Of a DNA stretch of 64,000 nt, positions 16,969-26,547 are shown piece by piece. The position numbers and the translations under genes are program-made. The DNA is taken from the NCBI GenBank assembly GCA_947632645.1, contig CANRQB010000003.1, forward strand, positions 10,482 to 74,481, in the 5' to 3' direction. Position 1 is the stretch's first letter. Every line of letters starts with the position of its first letter. Origin of the DNA: an uncultured Clostridia bacterium. GTDB taxonomy: Bacteria; Bacillota; Clostridia; Christensenellales; UBA1242. The notes beneath the pieces were generated by a model. The model searched no databases and was not told the origin of the DNA. It saw nothing but the letters and a program-made list of their open reading frames with translations.

Positions 16969-18395
16969 TATACCTCCACCTCATCCAAGTTGGAAATTAG
17001 GCTTTTAATCTGCTCGTCTGTGTAGTTGTTGTGGATAAATGTATCTTGGCTTGGCTCGTTTGAATTGGCCTTTGCCTTTTCTAAAGTGTCTATATGGTTG
17101 GCTTGCCAGTTGGATAGAATTTTGTTTAGATATTGCATGGCGTTAGATTTGTTTACACTTAAACTTGCCGCGTACAAAATAATCTCGTGCGAAAAATGCC
17201 AATCGCCAGTCCAGGTGCGGTAAAAATTTCTGTCCATAGCCACCACGTTGCGGTTTAGGTTAAGCGCATCTATAACCTGCTTAATTAAACTATCCTGCGC
17301 TACAATGTCGTTTAGATAGGTTAAATATCCCGATTTGGTTACAATGCCCAGCTTAAACAATTTGCCAATAATCGCGTTAACCCCTTCAAGCGTGCGCACG
17401 GATGATTTAAAGCAGTTGTCCGCAATAAGCAAAAGCGTTTCGCTATCAAACCCCATAGTTATCCATGGCAAAATGTAGGTGTCTATCTCCTTATTTAAAT
17501 TTTCGTAGTACAAGCCAAGTTGTTTGTTTATCTCTTTGGCTAGTGAAATTAAAGTGTCCTTATCCTGCTCGTACACTTCAATCTCTTTAACCGACAGCAG
17601 TTTGTTTTCGTAGTATTTTGTAAGCGCTTCGTCCAGTGTAAAAAAATCTATGCGGTGGCGCTTTGCCTTTAAATATTTTGCTACATATATAATTGTGGTT
17701 AGTTCAAACCCATAATCATTAAGCCATTTTTTAACCAACTTTTTATCGTCCAAATCCACACGGCGCTTGCTGCCAATAGCTAGCAAAATTTGGGTAACGT
17801 TATCGTCAAACAAGCCAAGTTCGGCAATTTTTGCCTCAACTTGTTCGCGTGTGTGCACGCCGTCCAACTCCCAATCGCGCGCCACAGTAAGCACGTATTT
17901 TGGGCTTAGGTTAAACCCCTTGCTATCCACGCAATATTTAATTAGGGTTAGTAGAGCATCAATTTCAAAATGCTTGTTTTCAATTAGATAGTAAAAATCC
18001 GAAAACTCGTTTGGCATTATCATGCGCTTGCCAAAAAGTTCTTGCGCTTGGATGTTAAAATCGGTGTATTTGCCCTCTTTAAACTTTTTTATTGTGCCGC
18101 CCGCGCTGACTAGTGGCATATATCTAACTTCGGTTGGCTGTGTGGATAACACCTGCACCAAACCCAAACTCTCCCAATATTTAAAGCAGGATATAACATC
18201 CTCTTCGCTTATATCCAGCACGCGCGCAAAGTATTCTAGCGTGTTGTTTTCCTCTTCACTGCACTTGTTTAGCCCCAAAAGATACACTTTTACGCACACA
18301 TCGGGCGCCTTAGGCAAAAAATCGTTGATAAAAGCGTTATCAACCAGCGTTTTTCCGTTACTAACGTAGCTAGGGCTAAACTTGCAAAAACTCAT
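16968..18395 (-). CDS. dnaB: Replication initiation/membrane attachment protein DnaB (DnaD-domain protein)
   Basis: 475 aa. The N-terminus DNAFINDFLPKAPDVCVKVYLLGL is typical of DnaD/DnaB winged-helix proteins. It is paired with dnaI as in Bacillus. Confidence 0.7.
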   Translation of the reverse strand: MSFCKFSPSYVSNGKTLVDNAFINDFLPKAPDVCVKVYLLGLNKCSEEENNTLEYFARVLDISEEDVISCFKYWESLGLVQVLSTQPTEVRYMPLVSAGGTIKKFKEGKYTDFNIQAQELFGKRMIMPNEFSDFYYLIENKHFEIDALLTLIKYCVDSKGFNLSPKYVLTVARDWELDGVHTREQVEAKIAELGLFDDNVTQILLAIGSKRRVDLDDKKLVKKWLNDYGFELTTIIYVAKYLKAKRHRIDFFTLDEALTKYYENKLLSVKEIEVYEQDKDTLISLAKEINKQLGLYYENLNKEIDTYILPWITMGFDSETLLLIADNCFKSSVRTLEGVNAIIGKLFKLGIVTKSGYLTYLNDIVAQDSLIKQVIDALNLNRNVVAMDRNFYRTWTGDWHFSHEIILYAASLSVNKSNAMQYLNKILSNWQANHIDTLEKAKANSNEPSQDTFIHNNYTDEQIKSLISNLDEVEV

Positions 18396-18502
18396 ACTTG
18401 CATTTTATCACAAAAAAATTTATTTGTAAAACAAATATGCCAAAATTTTTAAAACTCTTCCCCGCATGTTCTAACTGCTGATTTTATTTAATATTTTATT
18501 GT

Positions 18503-20014
18503 ATGAAAAAGTTAAAAAAATCCGTTATACTAAGTTTTATTGCCGTTTTAGTGGTTTTTATGGCGATTGGCAGCGCATTTTTGTTTGCTGCGTGCAAAAA
18601 AAAGCGGGACAACCTTGGTTCTATCAGCCAAAATTTAACCAGTTACAATTTGGATATTAGTTTGGACACATCTAGCCACACGGCATCGGTTAAGCAAAAA
18701 GTGGACTATATAAACCCAACCGACACCGTTATAAAAAAGTTGCCTTTTCATATATATCCTAACTTTTTTAAAGAGGGGGCAACGGCTACGATTGTGCCAA
18801 ACACGCGTGTAAACGAGGCATATCCAAATGGGCTTAGTTACGCTCAGTTTGAAATAAGTAAGGTTGAAGTTGGCGGCAAGGCGTGCTCGGGCGTGTACTC
18901 GGGCGAACATGATGGCATTTTTGAAGTTGAGTTGCCGCTAAGTTTAATGCCAGACGATAGGGTGGAAATTGCCTTTGAATATAACTTAGCCCTGCCAAAT
19001 TGCGAGCACAGGTTTGGCTATGGTGCAAACACAATAAATTTAAACAACTTTTATCCAATTGTGTGTGTGTACGATCAGGGCGGATTTAACCTAGCTGGCT
19101 ACAATGCCAATGGCGACCCATTTTATAGTGACATGGCAAACTATCATGTAAGCCTGACTACAGACAAAAACTATCTGGTTGCCCATACGGGCGATCTAGT
19201 GGAAGAAAAATTAAGTGGAGCAAATAAAACTAGCATATTTACCGCCAACATGGTGCGCGATTTTGCACTGGTGTTAAGCGATAAGTTTAGTGTTGTTTCG
19301 GCCAAAGCGGGCGAAGTTAATGTGGACTATTTCTATTTTAACGATGCCGACGCTGAGGCTAGTTTAAATACCGCAGTTGACGCCATAAACACCTTTAGCG
19401 AATTGTTTGGTGGCTATCCGTACAACAACTTTTGCGTGGTTAAAGCTGACTTCATCCAGGGCGGGATGGAGTATCCAAACCTTGTTATGATTGCAGCCGA
19501 TATAGAGAATGCGGATGACTACAAAAATGTTATCGTGCACGAAACCGCGCATCAGTGGTGGTATGGCATGGTTGGCAATGATGAATATCTTTATCCGTGG
19601 ATGGACGAAAGCATAACCGATTTCTGCTGCGCACTTTTCTATGACGAAAACACGGGCTACAACCTAAACCGCAAAATTTTAATTGAATCGGACAGGAAAA
19701 ATTATTCACTGTTTATGTCTGTATACGAGGATGTGCTTGGCAAACTTGATACCAGCATGCGTGCGGTGGATAAATATGCAACCGAGCCCGAATACACTTA
19801 TTGCATATATGTTAAGGGTGTGCTTATGTACGATAGTTTGTATAGTTTAATTGGCAAAAAAGCATTTATAAACGCACTTAATACATATTTTGAACAAAAT
19901 AAATACACCAACGCCAAGCCAGAAAATTTAATAAACGCATTTTCTAGCGCCTCCAACACCGATTTAACCAATTTCTTTAATAGTTGGCTAACTGGCAAGG
20001 TGGTTATAAAATAA
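18503..20014 (+). CDS. M1-family (gluzincin) metallopeptidase lipoprotein
   Basis: Signal with lipobox FLFAAC. HEXXH-18-E seen as HETAHQWWYGMVGNDEYLYPWMDES. Confidence 0.8.
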   Translation: MKKLKKSVILSFIAVLVVFMAIGSAFLFAACKKKRDNLGSISQNLTSYNLDISLDTSSHTASVKQKVDYINPTDTVIKKLPFHIYPNFFKEGATATIVPNTRVNEAYPNGLSYAQFEISKVEVGGKACSGVYSGEHDGIFEVELPLSLMPDDRVEIAFEYNLALPNCEHRFGYGANTINLNNFYPIVCVYDQGGFNLAGYNANGDPFYSDMANYHVSLTTDKNYLVAHTGDLVEEKLSGANKTSIFTANMVRDFALVLSDKFSVVSAKAGEVNVDYFYFNDADAEASLNTAVDAINTFSELFGGYPYNNFCVVKADFIQGGMEYPNLVMIAADIENADDYKNVIVHETAHQWWYGMVGNDEYLYPWMDESITDFCCALFYDENTGYNLNRKILIESDRKNYSLFMSVYEDVLGKLDTSMRAVDKYATEPEYTYCIYVKGVLMYDSLYSLIGKKAFINALNTYFEQNKYTNAKPENLINAFSSASNTDLTNFFNSWLTGKVVIK

Positions 20015-20018
20015 CAAG

Positions 20019-20043
20019 AAATACTATTTTATAGTATTTTTTT
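20019..20043 (+). terminator. AU-rich hairpin terminator; copy a of the recurrent AAATACTAYAAAATAGYATTTTT motif
   Basis: AAATACTAT (20019-20027) pairs with ATAGTATTT (20031-20039), followed by a T-run, 5 nt after the stop. Confidence 0.5.
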
Positions 20044-20266
20044 ATATTTTTGCAATATTTTCGACAATTTTTAATTTTATTTTTGTAATTTGCATTTAAT
20101 TATTATTTTTTTGCTATTTTTTATTATTTTTGCAATTAATTTTATATTTTTGCTTATTTTATTATTTTTATTTTCCTTTCTATAAATTTTTATTAAAAAA
20201 TATTTTATTTTTTTAAATAAACCAAATTTATTTGAAATTAATTTAAACTTGGATTATAATATTTAC

Positions 20267-21988
20267 ATGAAGCGATTGCTTGGATATGTAAAAAAGTATC
20301 TAAAATACGCAATAACCTGTCCACTGCTTAAAATGGTGGAGGCAATTTTTGAACTGGTTAGCCCGCTTTTAGTTGCCCGTATTGTTAATGTCGGGGTTAA
20401 AAATCAGGATGTATCCTACATTTTAAAATATGGTCTTATAATTGTTGCAATTAATATATCTGTGCTAATTATAGGCATTTTGTGCGATAAATTTTCTGCC
20501 AAAACCAGTGTGGGCGTGGCAACCGATATGCGCCGCGATGTATTTAAAAAGGTTTCCACCTTTTCGCATGCCGAGTTGGATAAATTTGGCACCGCCTCGC
20601 TTATAAATCGCCTTACTAACGATATAAATCAGGTGGAAGGCGCGGTGGCAATGTTTATCCGCGTGCTTATCCGCGTGCCATTTTTGCTTATCGGTGCGTT
20701 TGTGCTAAGTTTTGTTATAAGCCCAAAAATGTCGGCAGTGTTCGCCGGATTTATTGTTGTTGTTAGCATAATTTTATATTTCTATATGCGCCACACTTCG
20801 CCATACTTTAAAAAGTTGCGCGTTAAGTTGGATAAAATAAGTTTAGTAACAAAAGAAAATTTGGAGGGCACACGCGTTATCCGTGCCTTTAACAAGCAAA
20901 AGGATGAGGAAGCGCGCTTCGAATCGGTCACTAATGACTACACTTCCACCAGCATCCGCCTTGCCCGAATTTCATCCTTTTTGCACCCAATGATCTACCT
21001 TATTGTTAACACCGCAATTGTGGCAATTTTGTTTATTGGCGGCTGGCAAGTTAATGTGGGCGGACTGGAAACGGGCGATATAATTGCGCTTATAGATTAT
21101 ATTTCTATTATCACAATGTCGCTATTTATAACCTCGCAAATGATACTTATGTTTGTGCGCACTTCGGCAAGTGTAAATCGGCTTAACGAGGTGTTCGATA
21201 CCACTCCAAGTGTAGTGGACGGCGGCAAAATAAAGGATACAAAGCACCTTAAGTACGATGCGCTTTTGGAGTTTAAAAATGTTTGCTTTAACTACGCGGG
21301 CGACACTCAAAACAACCGCTCGTTTATACGGGATTTGTCGTTTAAATTGTATCCGCACCAAACGCTTGGCATAATTGGCGGCACGGGCAGTGGCAAAACC
21401 ACATTGGCAAGTTTGATGGTGCGCTTTTACGATGTCACGGGTGGCGAAATACTTTATAAAGGCAAAAATATTAAGGACTTTAACCTTGCCCCACTGCGTA
21501 AGGAAATAAGCATTGTTCAGCAGCGCAGCACACTGTTTAGCGGCTCGCTTAGGGAGAATATGCAACTTAGGAACAACAAAGCAAGTGATGAGGAAATTAT
21601 CTCCGCGCTAAAAACCGCGCAGGCATGGCAGTTTGTTAGCGAGTGGGATAATCCGCTGGACTATCAAATTATGGCGGACGGCAAAAACGTCAGCGGCGGG
21701 CAAAAACAGCGGCTAACAATTGCACGCGCATTTGTTAACAACCCCGAACTGCTTATCTTGGATGATAGCAGCAGCGCACTTGACTTTTTAACCGAAAAAA
21801 ATTTAAGCAAGGCAATAAAAAAATTAGATACCACCACAGTTATAATTTCGCAGCGCGCCACAAGTATACAAAATGCCGATTTAATTATTGTGCTGGATAA
21901 CGGCGATGTAGTAGGCATGGGTACACACAAACAACTTATGAAAAATTGCGAAATTTATAAAGAAATTTATTTAAGCCAGACAAAATAA
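20267..21988 (+). CDS. ABC exporter, fused permease/ATPase (half transporter 1 of a probable heterodimer)
   Basis: Six-TM N-terminal domain. Walker A GGTGSGKTT, signature VSGGQKQRLTIARA, Walker B ILDDSSSALD. ATG 20267 is preferred to TTG 20249. Confidence 0.85.
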   Translation: MKRLLGYVKKYLKYAITCPLLKMVEAIFELVSPLLVARIVNVGVKNQDVSYILKYGLIIVAINISVLIIGILCDKFSAKTSVGVATDMRRDVFKKVSTFSHAELDKFGTASLINRLTNDINQVEGAVAMFIRVLIRVPFLLIGAFVLSFVISPKMSAVFAGFIVVVSIILYFYMRHTSPYFKKLRVKLDKISLVTKENLEGTRVIRAFNKQKDEEARFESVTNDYTSTSIRLARISSFLHPMIYLIVNTAIVAILFIGGWQVNVGGLETGDIIALIDYISIITMSLFITSQMILMFVRTSASVNRLNEVFDTTPSVVDGGKIKDTKHLKYDALLEFKNVCFNYAGDTQNNRSFIRDLSFKLYPHQTLGIIGGTGSGKTTLASLMVRFYDVTGGEILYKGKNIKDFNLAPLRKEISIVQQRSTLFSGSLRENMQLRNNKASDEEIISALKTAQAWQFVSEWDNPLDYQIMADGKNVSGGQKQRLTIARAFVNNPELLILDDSSSALDFLTEKNLSKAIKKLDTTTVIISQRATSIQNADLIIVLDNGDVVGMGTHKQLMKNCEIYKEIYLSQTK

Positions 21989-22011
21989 AAAAATAAGTAA
22001 AAAATAAAAAG

Positions 22012-22034
22012 AAATACTACAAAATAGCATTTTT
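22012..22034 (+). terminator. Copy b of the recurrent motif, probably a terminator
   Basis: AAATACTACAAAATAGCATTTTT, 23 nt after the stop. Confidence 0.4.
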
Positions 22035-22180
22035 AAATAATTAAAAAATGATTAAAAAATTGTTAATAATACTAAAAAATCCATTTAAAACAAAAAATAA
22101 ATAAAAAATTGCAAAAAAATCAAAATAATTTATAGCAAATCAAAAAATTAGAGATACAAAAAATAAAATAAAAGGAGAGT

Positions 22181-23926
22181 ATGGCACACTTAGGATTTAA
22201 AAAAGCACTTGGTAAACTTTTGCCTTATGTAAAACCACATAAGCGGGTGTTTTTCTTTTCTATATTTTTTGAAATTCTCTCCATTGTGCTAAACATGTGC
22301 GTGCCAATAATCACCGGCTATGCAATCGATTGCATGGTGGGCGCGCATAATGTGAATTTCCACCTGCTGTTTATATATATCGGCATAATTGGTGTGTTGG
22401 TGGCATTTGGTGTGCTGTGTGACTGGCTGGGCAATTTCAACATGGAGATATTATCTTACCGAACTGCACAGAGTTTACGCGTTTCAATTTATAAGAAACT
22501 TAACAACATGCCAATAAAATTTGTGGATAACAACTCGCATGGCGATGTTATGAACACCATGATTGCCGATGTGGAAAACATAACCGATGGCTTCCTAGAA
22601 GGGTTTAAGGCGATTGTGTGCGGCATTTTTCAAATTGTGGTTGTGGGTGTAATGATGTTTATACTAAATGTTCCTCTTGCAATAATCGTGGTGGTGTTTG
22701 CGCCAATTTCGCTGTTGTGCGCAATATTAATTACCCGCCGCAGCAAAGCGCTGTATCGCCAAAAGGTTAATTTCCAGGGCGAACTAAGTGGCTACGCGGA
22801 AGAGATGCTAACTAACATGAAAATAATTAAGGCCTTTTGTAACGAGCGCAGCACTGTTACAGAGTTTGCAAAGTTGAATAAGGATTTGGGCACGTCAAGC
22901 GAAAAATCGCGCTTTTATGCTTCGATAGCCAACCCAACCGCGCGCTTTATAAACAAACTTATCAACGCTATGATTGCAGTGGTGGGCGCGTTTATGGCAA
23001 TAGCGGGCAAAATAAAAATAGGCCGCATATCATCATTTTTAAGCTATAGTTCCAATTTCACCAGCCCAATAAACGATATAACCGACATCTTTGCCGACCT
23101 AAATGTTGCTGTGGCAAGCGCCAATCGCGTGTTCAATTTGCTGGATGAAGAAAACTTGTCGTCCGATAGAAATCTACCCGAACTTAAAACCTGCAACGGC
23201 GAAGTCAGTTTAAAAAATGTAGAGTTCAGCTACGAAAAATCATTTAAATTAATAACCAATTTAAATTTGGATGTTAAGGCGGGCCAGCGCATAGCAATCG
23301 TTGGGCCAACCGGCTGCGGCAAAAGTACAATTATAAACCTGCTTATGCGCTTTTACGATGTGGATGCGGGCACAATTAAGGTTAGCGGCAAGGATATAAG
23401 AAAGGTTAAGCGCAATTCGTTCAGGCGATTCTACGGCATGGTGCTGCAAGAGAGTTGGTTGTATAACGCCAGCGTAAAGGATAATGTTGCATACGGCAAA
23501 CCAAACGCCACCATGGACGAAATTGTAACCGCTTGCAAACTTGCAAACGCACACACCTTTATTAAAAAATTGCCAAACGGATACGACACAATTATATCTG
23601 AACGTGCGGACAACATAAGCGCCGGGCAAAAGCAACTTTTATGTATTGCACGTGTTATGCTTGTTCATCCGCCAATGCTTATTTTGGACGAAGCCACCAG
23701 CAATATCGATACGCGCACCGAACAAAAGATCCAAGAGAGTTTGGATACAATGATGAAAGGGCGCACCTGCTTTATTGTTGCCCACCGTCTATCCACAATT
23801 GTTAACGCGGACACCATTTTGGTTATGAACAACGGGCATATTATCGAGCAAGGCAAACATGCCGAGCTGCTAGCTAAAAAAGGATTTTATTATAATTTAT
23901 TTAATAGTCAATTTTCGCAAAACTAA
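22181..23926 (+). CDS. ABC exporter, fused permease/ATPase (half transporter 2)
   Basis: Walker A GPTGCGKST, signature ISAGQKQLLCIARV, Walker B ILDEATSNID, H-loop VAHRLST. Confidence 0.85.
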   Translation: MAHLGFKKALGKLLPYVKPHKRVFFFSIFFEILSIVLNMCVPIITGYAIDCMVGAHNVNFHLLFIYIGIIGVLVAFGVLCDWLGNFNMEILSYRTAQSLRVSIYKKLNNMPIKFVDNNSHGDVMNTMIADVENITDGFLEGFKAIVCGIFQIVVVGVMMFILNVPLAIIVVVFAPISLLCAILITRRSKALYRQKVNFQGELSGYAEEMLTNMKIIKAFCNERSTVTEFAKLNKDLGTSSEKSRFYASIANPTARFINKLINAMIAVVGAFMAIAGKIKIGRISSFLSYSSNFTSPINDITDIFADLNVAVASANRVFNLLDEENLSSDRNLPELKTCNGEVSLKNVEFSYEKSFKLITNLNLDVKAGQRIAIVGPTGCGKSTIINLLMRFYDVDAGTIKVSGKDIRKVKRNSFRRFYGMVLQESWLYNASVKDNVAYGKPNATMDEIVTACKLANAHTFIKKLPNGYDTIISERADNISAGQKQLLCIARVMLVHPPMLILDEATSNIDTRTEQKIQESLDTMMKGRTCFIVAHRLSTIVNADTILVMNNGHIIEQGKHAELLAKKGFYYNLFNSQFSQN

Positions 23927-23927
23927 G

Positions 23928-24190
23928 GCATAAACTGCACTTTTGCTAGTTTGCCAATAAAATTTGCAAACGTAAGCTTGAAGTTTGTTTATGCCCTTGC
24001 TATTAAGGGACACCCGCTGGTTTCCCTTAATAAATCCTTTCCTGAAATGTGATTTCCTACGCAAGGGAACTGCAGCGGGGAAATTGTTAAATTATGCTTT
24101 TCTACGATTGGGCTGGGGGCTTGCGCGCAAACGTAGTTTGCGCTGGGCGGCAATTTGCCGCCCTCGCAGGTAAACCTGCGGCAAGCCCCC
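23928..24190. ncRNA. GC-rich multi-helix structured element (orphan ncRNA or 3'-UTR structure candidate)
   Basis: Hand-found pairings. 23928-35 pairs with 23987-94. 23949-54 pairs with 23966-71. 23994-24000 pairs with 24061-67. 24001-10 pairs with 24023-32, and its loop CCCGCTG (24013-19) is complementary to CAGCGGG (24073-79). A 76-nt four-way junction spans 24115-24190, closed by GGGGGCTTGC/GCAAGCCCCC with three internal hairpins. I count 54/80 G+C over 24111-24190. Confidence 0.35.
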
Positions 24191-24254
24191 GTGTTTGGCT
24201 TGGCTATTTTTTTATTTGTTTTTTACTAGATTGGTTTTTTATTATTAATATTTT

Positions 24255-25331
24255 TTACTTATTTAATTGTTCTATAAAAAATTCGCGGTTTTGCTTTAGG
24301 CGTGGTTCGCTCGATTTTGCTATTGCTAAATCCACATAGGTTAGCGCGACTCGGTAGTTTTTCAGTTCGGCAAAACAAACAGATAGTATGTCATACGGCA
24401 GGCTGCCCCAACACTCGGGCGCGGATATATAGTTTAGGTTGCGCGTGGTTATTTTTAGCATTTCGGTTAGCGCAACCGCTGCTTGTAAATATTTTTTGTG
24501 ATTATAAAAATAAATGCCTAATTCAAAATATGGCTCGCGCAAATAGGGCGCTTCCAAAATGGCTTTTAGCAAAAATTCTTTTTGTTTTTTTGTGTTTTTT
24601 AGCTCACCATAACAGCGCGCAATAAATCTGAGACTCGCGCATCTCTCGTCCGCCCAAGTTGCAGTTTTTAGCCCTAGGTGGCGCTTTAGTTCGCCAATTG
24701 CTTTTTCGTACTGCCCATTAAACATATACTCTCTGCCCAAATAGTGCGCATTGCGGTCGTCCTCGGGGCACTCGCTAACCGAAAGTTCTAATAGCGGCAA
24801 ATAATTAGAACGCGATTTATTTATGTCTGCCATGTGGTTTAGTTGCACATCAGTTAAATCTATAGTCTCATACTCGCCATTAAAAGTGGGTGTCAACACC
24901 TCGTGCACGGGATGAGTCCACACAAACTTTTTGTTGGCGTGTATTTTGTCCGCCATAAACACCACGCCCTCGCTGCCGTCTGGGTTAAAATTCCAGGTGT
25001 ATCTATACCGTGCGCGCATGGTAGATGGCTTCCACTGTTGGCGTATTTTTTCTGCCCAGCCTGGTGCAAAAAATTCGTCCAAATCCACGCACACGCAAAC
25101 ATCGGCATCGTCTTGGATAAGGGTTAAACTATCGTTTCGTGCCACGTCGAATCTAAAAAAATCGTACCTCTTTTGTGCGGTTATTATGTTTAGTTTTTTA
25201 AGCTCCTCATAAGTGCCGTCTGTGCTGCCAGTATCTAGCACGCAAACATAGTCAGCCTCGCTAACCGAATTATACCAGCGGTGCACAAATTTAATTTCAT
25301 TTTTGCAAATGGCATACACACAAATTTTCAT
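24255..25331 (-). CDS. Family-2-like glycosyltransferase with C-terminal TPR-like repeats
   Basis: MKICVYAICKNEIKFVHRWYNSVSEADYVCVLDTGSTDGT...DLDEF shows the GT-A fold signature and DxD-like motif. The C-terminus is helical-repeat rich. The track N-terminal extension (to 25544) is low-complexity and overlaps the divergent gene. Confidence 0.65.
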   Translation of the reverse strand: MKICVYAICKNEIKFVHRWYNSVSEADYVCVLDTGSTDGTYEELKKLNIITAQKRYDFFRFDVARNDSLTLIQDDADVCVCVDLDEFFAPGWAEKIRQQWKPSTMRARYRYTWNFNPDGSEGVVFMADKIHANKKFVWTHPVHEVLTPTFNGEYETIDLTDVQLNHMADINKSRSNYLPLLELSVSECPEDDRNAHYLGREYMFNGQYEKAIGELKRHLGLKTATWADERCASLRFIARCYGELKNTKKQKEFLLKAILEAPYLREPYFELGIYFYNHKKYLQAAVALTEMLKITTRNLNYISAPECWGSLPYDILSVCFAELKNYRVALTYVDLAIAKSSEPRLKQNREFFIEQLNK

Positions 25332-25404
25332 ATTAATACATATTAAAATTGCAATTTTGTTGTGCTTAATTGCATTTTGGCTGCGGATGTGATATAATAA
25401 AATT

Positions 25405-26052
25405 ATGGTAAAACTAACAGAGCAACAAAAAGAAAAATTGATTGACGATATGCTAGATTTTTTTAGCAAAGAAATGGGCATTTCGCTTAGAGATATAGGG
25501 GATAAGCGCGGTGCACTAAACACACTTATGGCAATAAACACCAACTTTCCGCTTGGCGAATATTTTTACGGATTGCAAGATAAACTTTTAAGCGACGAAG
25601 CATCTTCTAACGCGGTTAGCACTCGTTTTGACGGCGCAACAAAAAAACTAAATTTTTGTTATATAAAAGCCGACATGCTTGTATATTTTGGCGAAAAACT
25701 TTTGCATGTGGATGCAAAAAAATGTGTTGAAAACGATATAATTATTTCCGCTGGCGTGCAGGTTAACGAGGATTTTTATAACCAACTTAAGCAAACTGGG
25801 TTTATAGAAAGTTATACTAAGCCATACATAACCGCGGGCTACAATTTAAATTGCTACTATATTGCAAAAATTTTACTTAATGCGCCCGAACAACTAAATT
25901 TATGCGCGGCCGAAATTTTTAAGTTTGCCGAAAAAAATAAACTAAAAAATATTGCCATTTATGTTGGCAATAATGGTGATATTAAGCCAGTTTTTGAAAA
26001 ACTATCCGAGCGATATAAGCAGATAAAACTGGTGTATGTTACAGATATTTAA
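25405..26052 (+). CDS. Macrodomain-like protein (protein-ADP-ribose hydrolase family layout) with degenerate ligand-binding motifs
   Basis: The N-terminal helical region LIDDMLDFFSKE...KRGALNTLMAINTNFPLGEYFYGLQDKLLSDE, ISAGVQV and ITAGYNLNCYYIAKILLNAP align with Firmicutes SauMacro-type proteins. The NAAN, Cys/His zinc-site and G-x-[FY]-G segments are absent. Confidence 0.5.
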   Translation: MVKLTEQQKEKLIDDMLDFFSKEMGISLRDIGDKRGALNTLMAINTNFPLGEYFYGLQDKLLSDEASSNAVSTRFDGATKKLNFCYIKADMLVYFGEKLLHVDAKKCVENDIIISAGVQVNEDFYNQLKQTGFIESYTKPYITAGYNLNCYYIAKILLNAPEQLNLCAAEIFKFAEKNKLKNIAIYVGNNGDIKPVFEKLSERYKQIKLVYVTDI

Positions 26053-26524
26053 ACAATTTAATATTGCTTTTATTAAGTAATTCTACAATTTGGCTTGTTT
26101 GATTTAATAGCTGGCTAACACTTTTTTGAGCAAAGGTTTTGTAATAAATTTTTTGCTCGCTAATTTGCAGTGTGTTTAAATTTTGCACTGCCAAAATAAG
26201 TTCGTTTAAAAAGGCAAAAACATTAAATTCGCTAACCGAATTATTGCCCGCAATTTTAACATTAAAGGTTAGGGTTATATTTTCTAAAATAGTATCCACA
26301 ACCGCATTTGTCTCTACAATTTTGTTAGATAGCGCGGGGTTTAAATTTTCTATCGGGTTAAACGAAAACTGCTTGCTTAATTTAAGGTGCGATATCGCGG
26401 CTTGCAGGTTGGAGGAAAAATCGTATGTGTTTTTTGCACTGTACTCGGCATTTATTTGCAGATAGTCCTCGTTGGATAAAATAGGAAAATCGTCATACAT
26501 ATAATATAATATTAATTCTGCCAT
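26039..26524 (-). CDS. Hypothetical protein (161 aa)
   Basis: ORF immediately downstream of cysS on the same strand. No family recognised. Confidence 0.5.
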   Translation of the reverse strand: MAELILYYMYDDFPILSNEDYLQINAEYSAKNTYDFSSNLQAAISHLKLSKQFSFNPIENLNPALSNKIVETNAVVDTILENITLTFNVKIAGNNSVSEFNVFAFLNELILAVQNLNTLQISEQKIYYKTFAQKSVSQLLNQTSQIVELLNKSNIKLFKYL

Positions 26525-26547
26525 AAAATTAGAATAAAAAAGGGTAG

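Noticed and set aside
10464-18395. Prophage or phage-inducible island, because of dUTPase, hypotheticals, XRE pair, YoqJ-like SLOG, DnaD-domain and DnaC-like genes
   Set aside because: No integrase, terminase, capsid, tail or lysis genes and no att-like repeats were seen. The 475-aa DnaB plus zinc-module DnaI pair matches the chromosomal Firmicutes loader pair, and the dut gene closely matches chromosomal YncF. A small mobile remnant around 14708-15876 cannot be excluded.
24001-24080. TPP riboswitch, because of a CCTGA...CGCAAGGGAA resemblance to ACCUGA...CGUAGGGAA
   Set aside because: The obligatory CUGAGA element and GGGGUGC-type P2/J3-2 are absent. No thiamine-related gene lies downstream, since the spacer is flanked by two gene 3' ends.
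24115-24190. tRNA, because the element is 76 nt with a closing stem and three hairpins (cloverleaf-like)
   Set aside because: The arm geometry is wrong: a 10-bp closing stem, 8-bp arms with 3-nt loops, no 7-nt anticodon loop, no GTTCRANYC T-loop, no D-loop GG, and no discriminator/CCA context.
23985-24339. ORFs of 62 and 81 aa across the GC-rich island
   Set aside because: The reading frames exist only because high GC suppresses stop codons. There is no SD, the products are Arg/Gly/Ala-rich nonsense, and the region is better explained by extensive base pairing.
25332-25544. N-terminal extension of the glycosyltransferase ORF (track start 25544)
   Set aside because: The extension is low-complexity, overlaps the divergent macrodomain-like gene and its promoter region, and the GT-A fold begins at MKICVYAICKNE.
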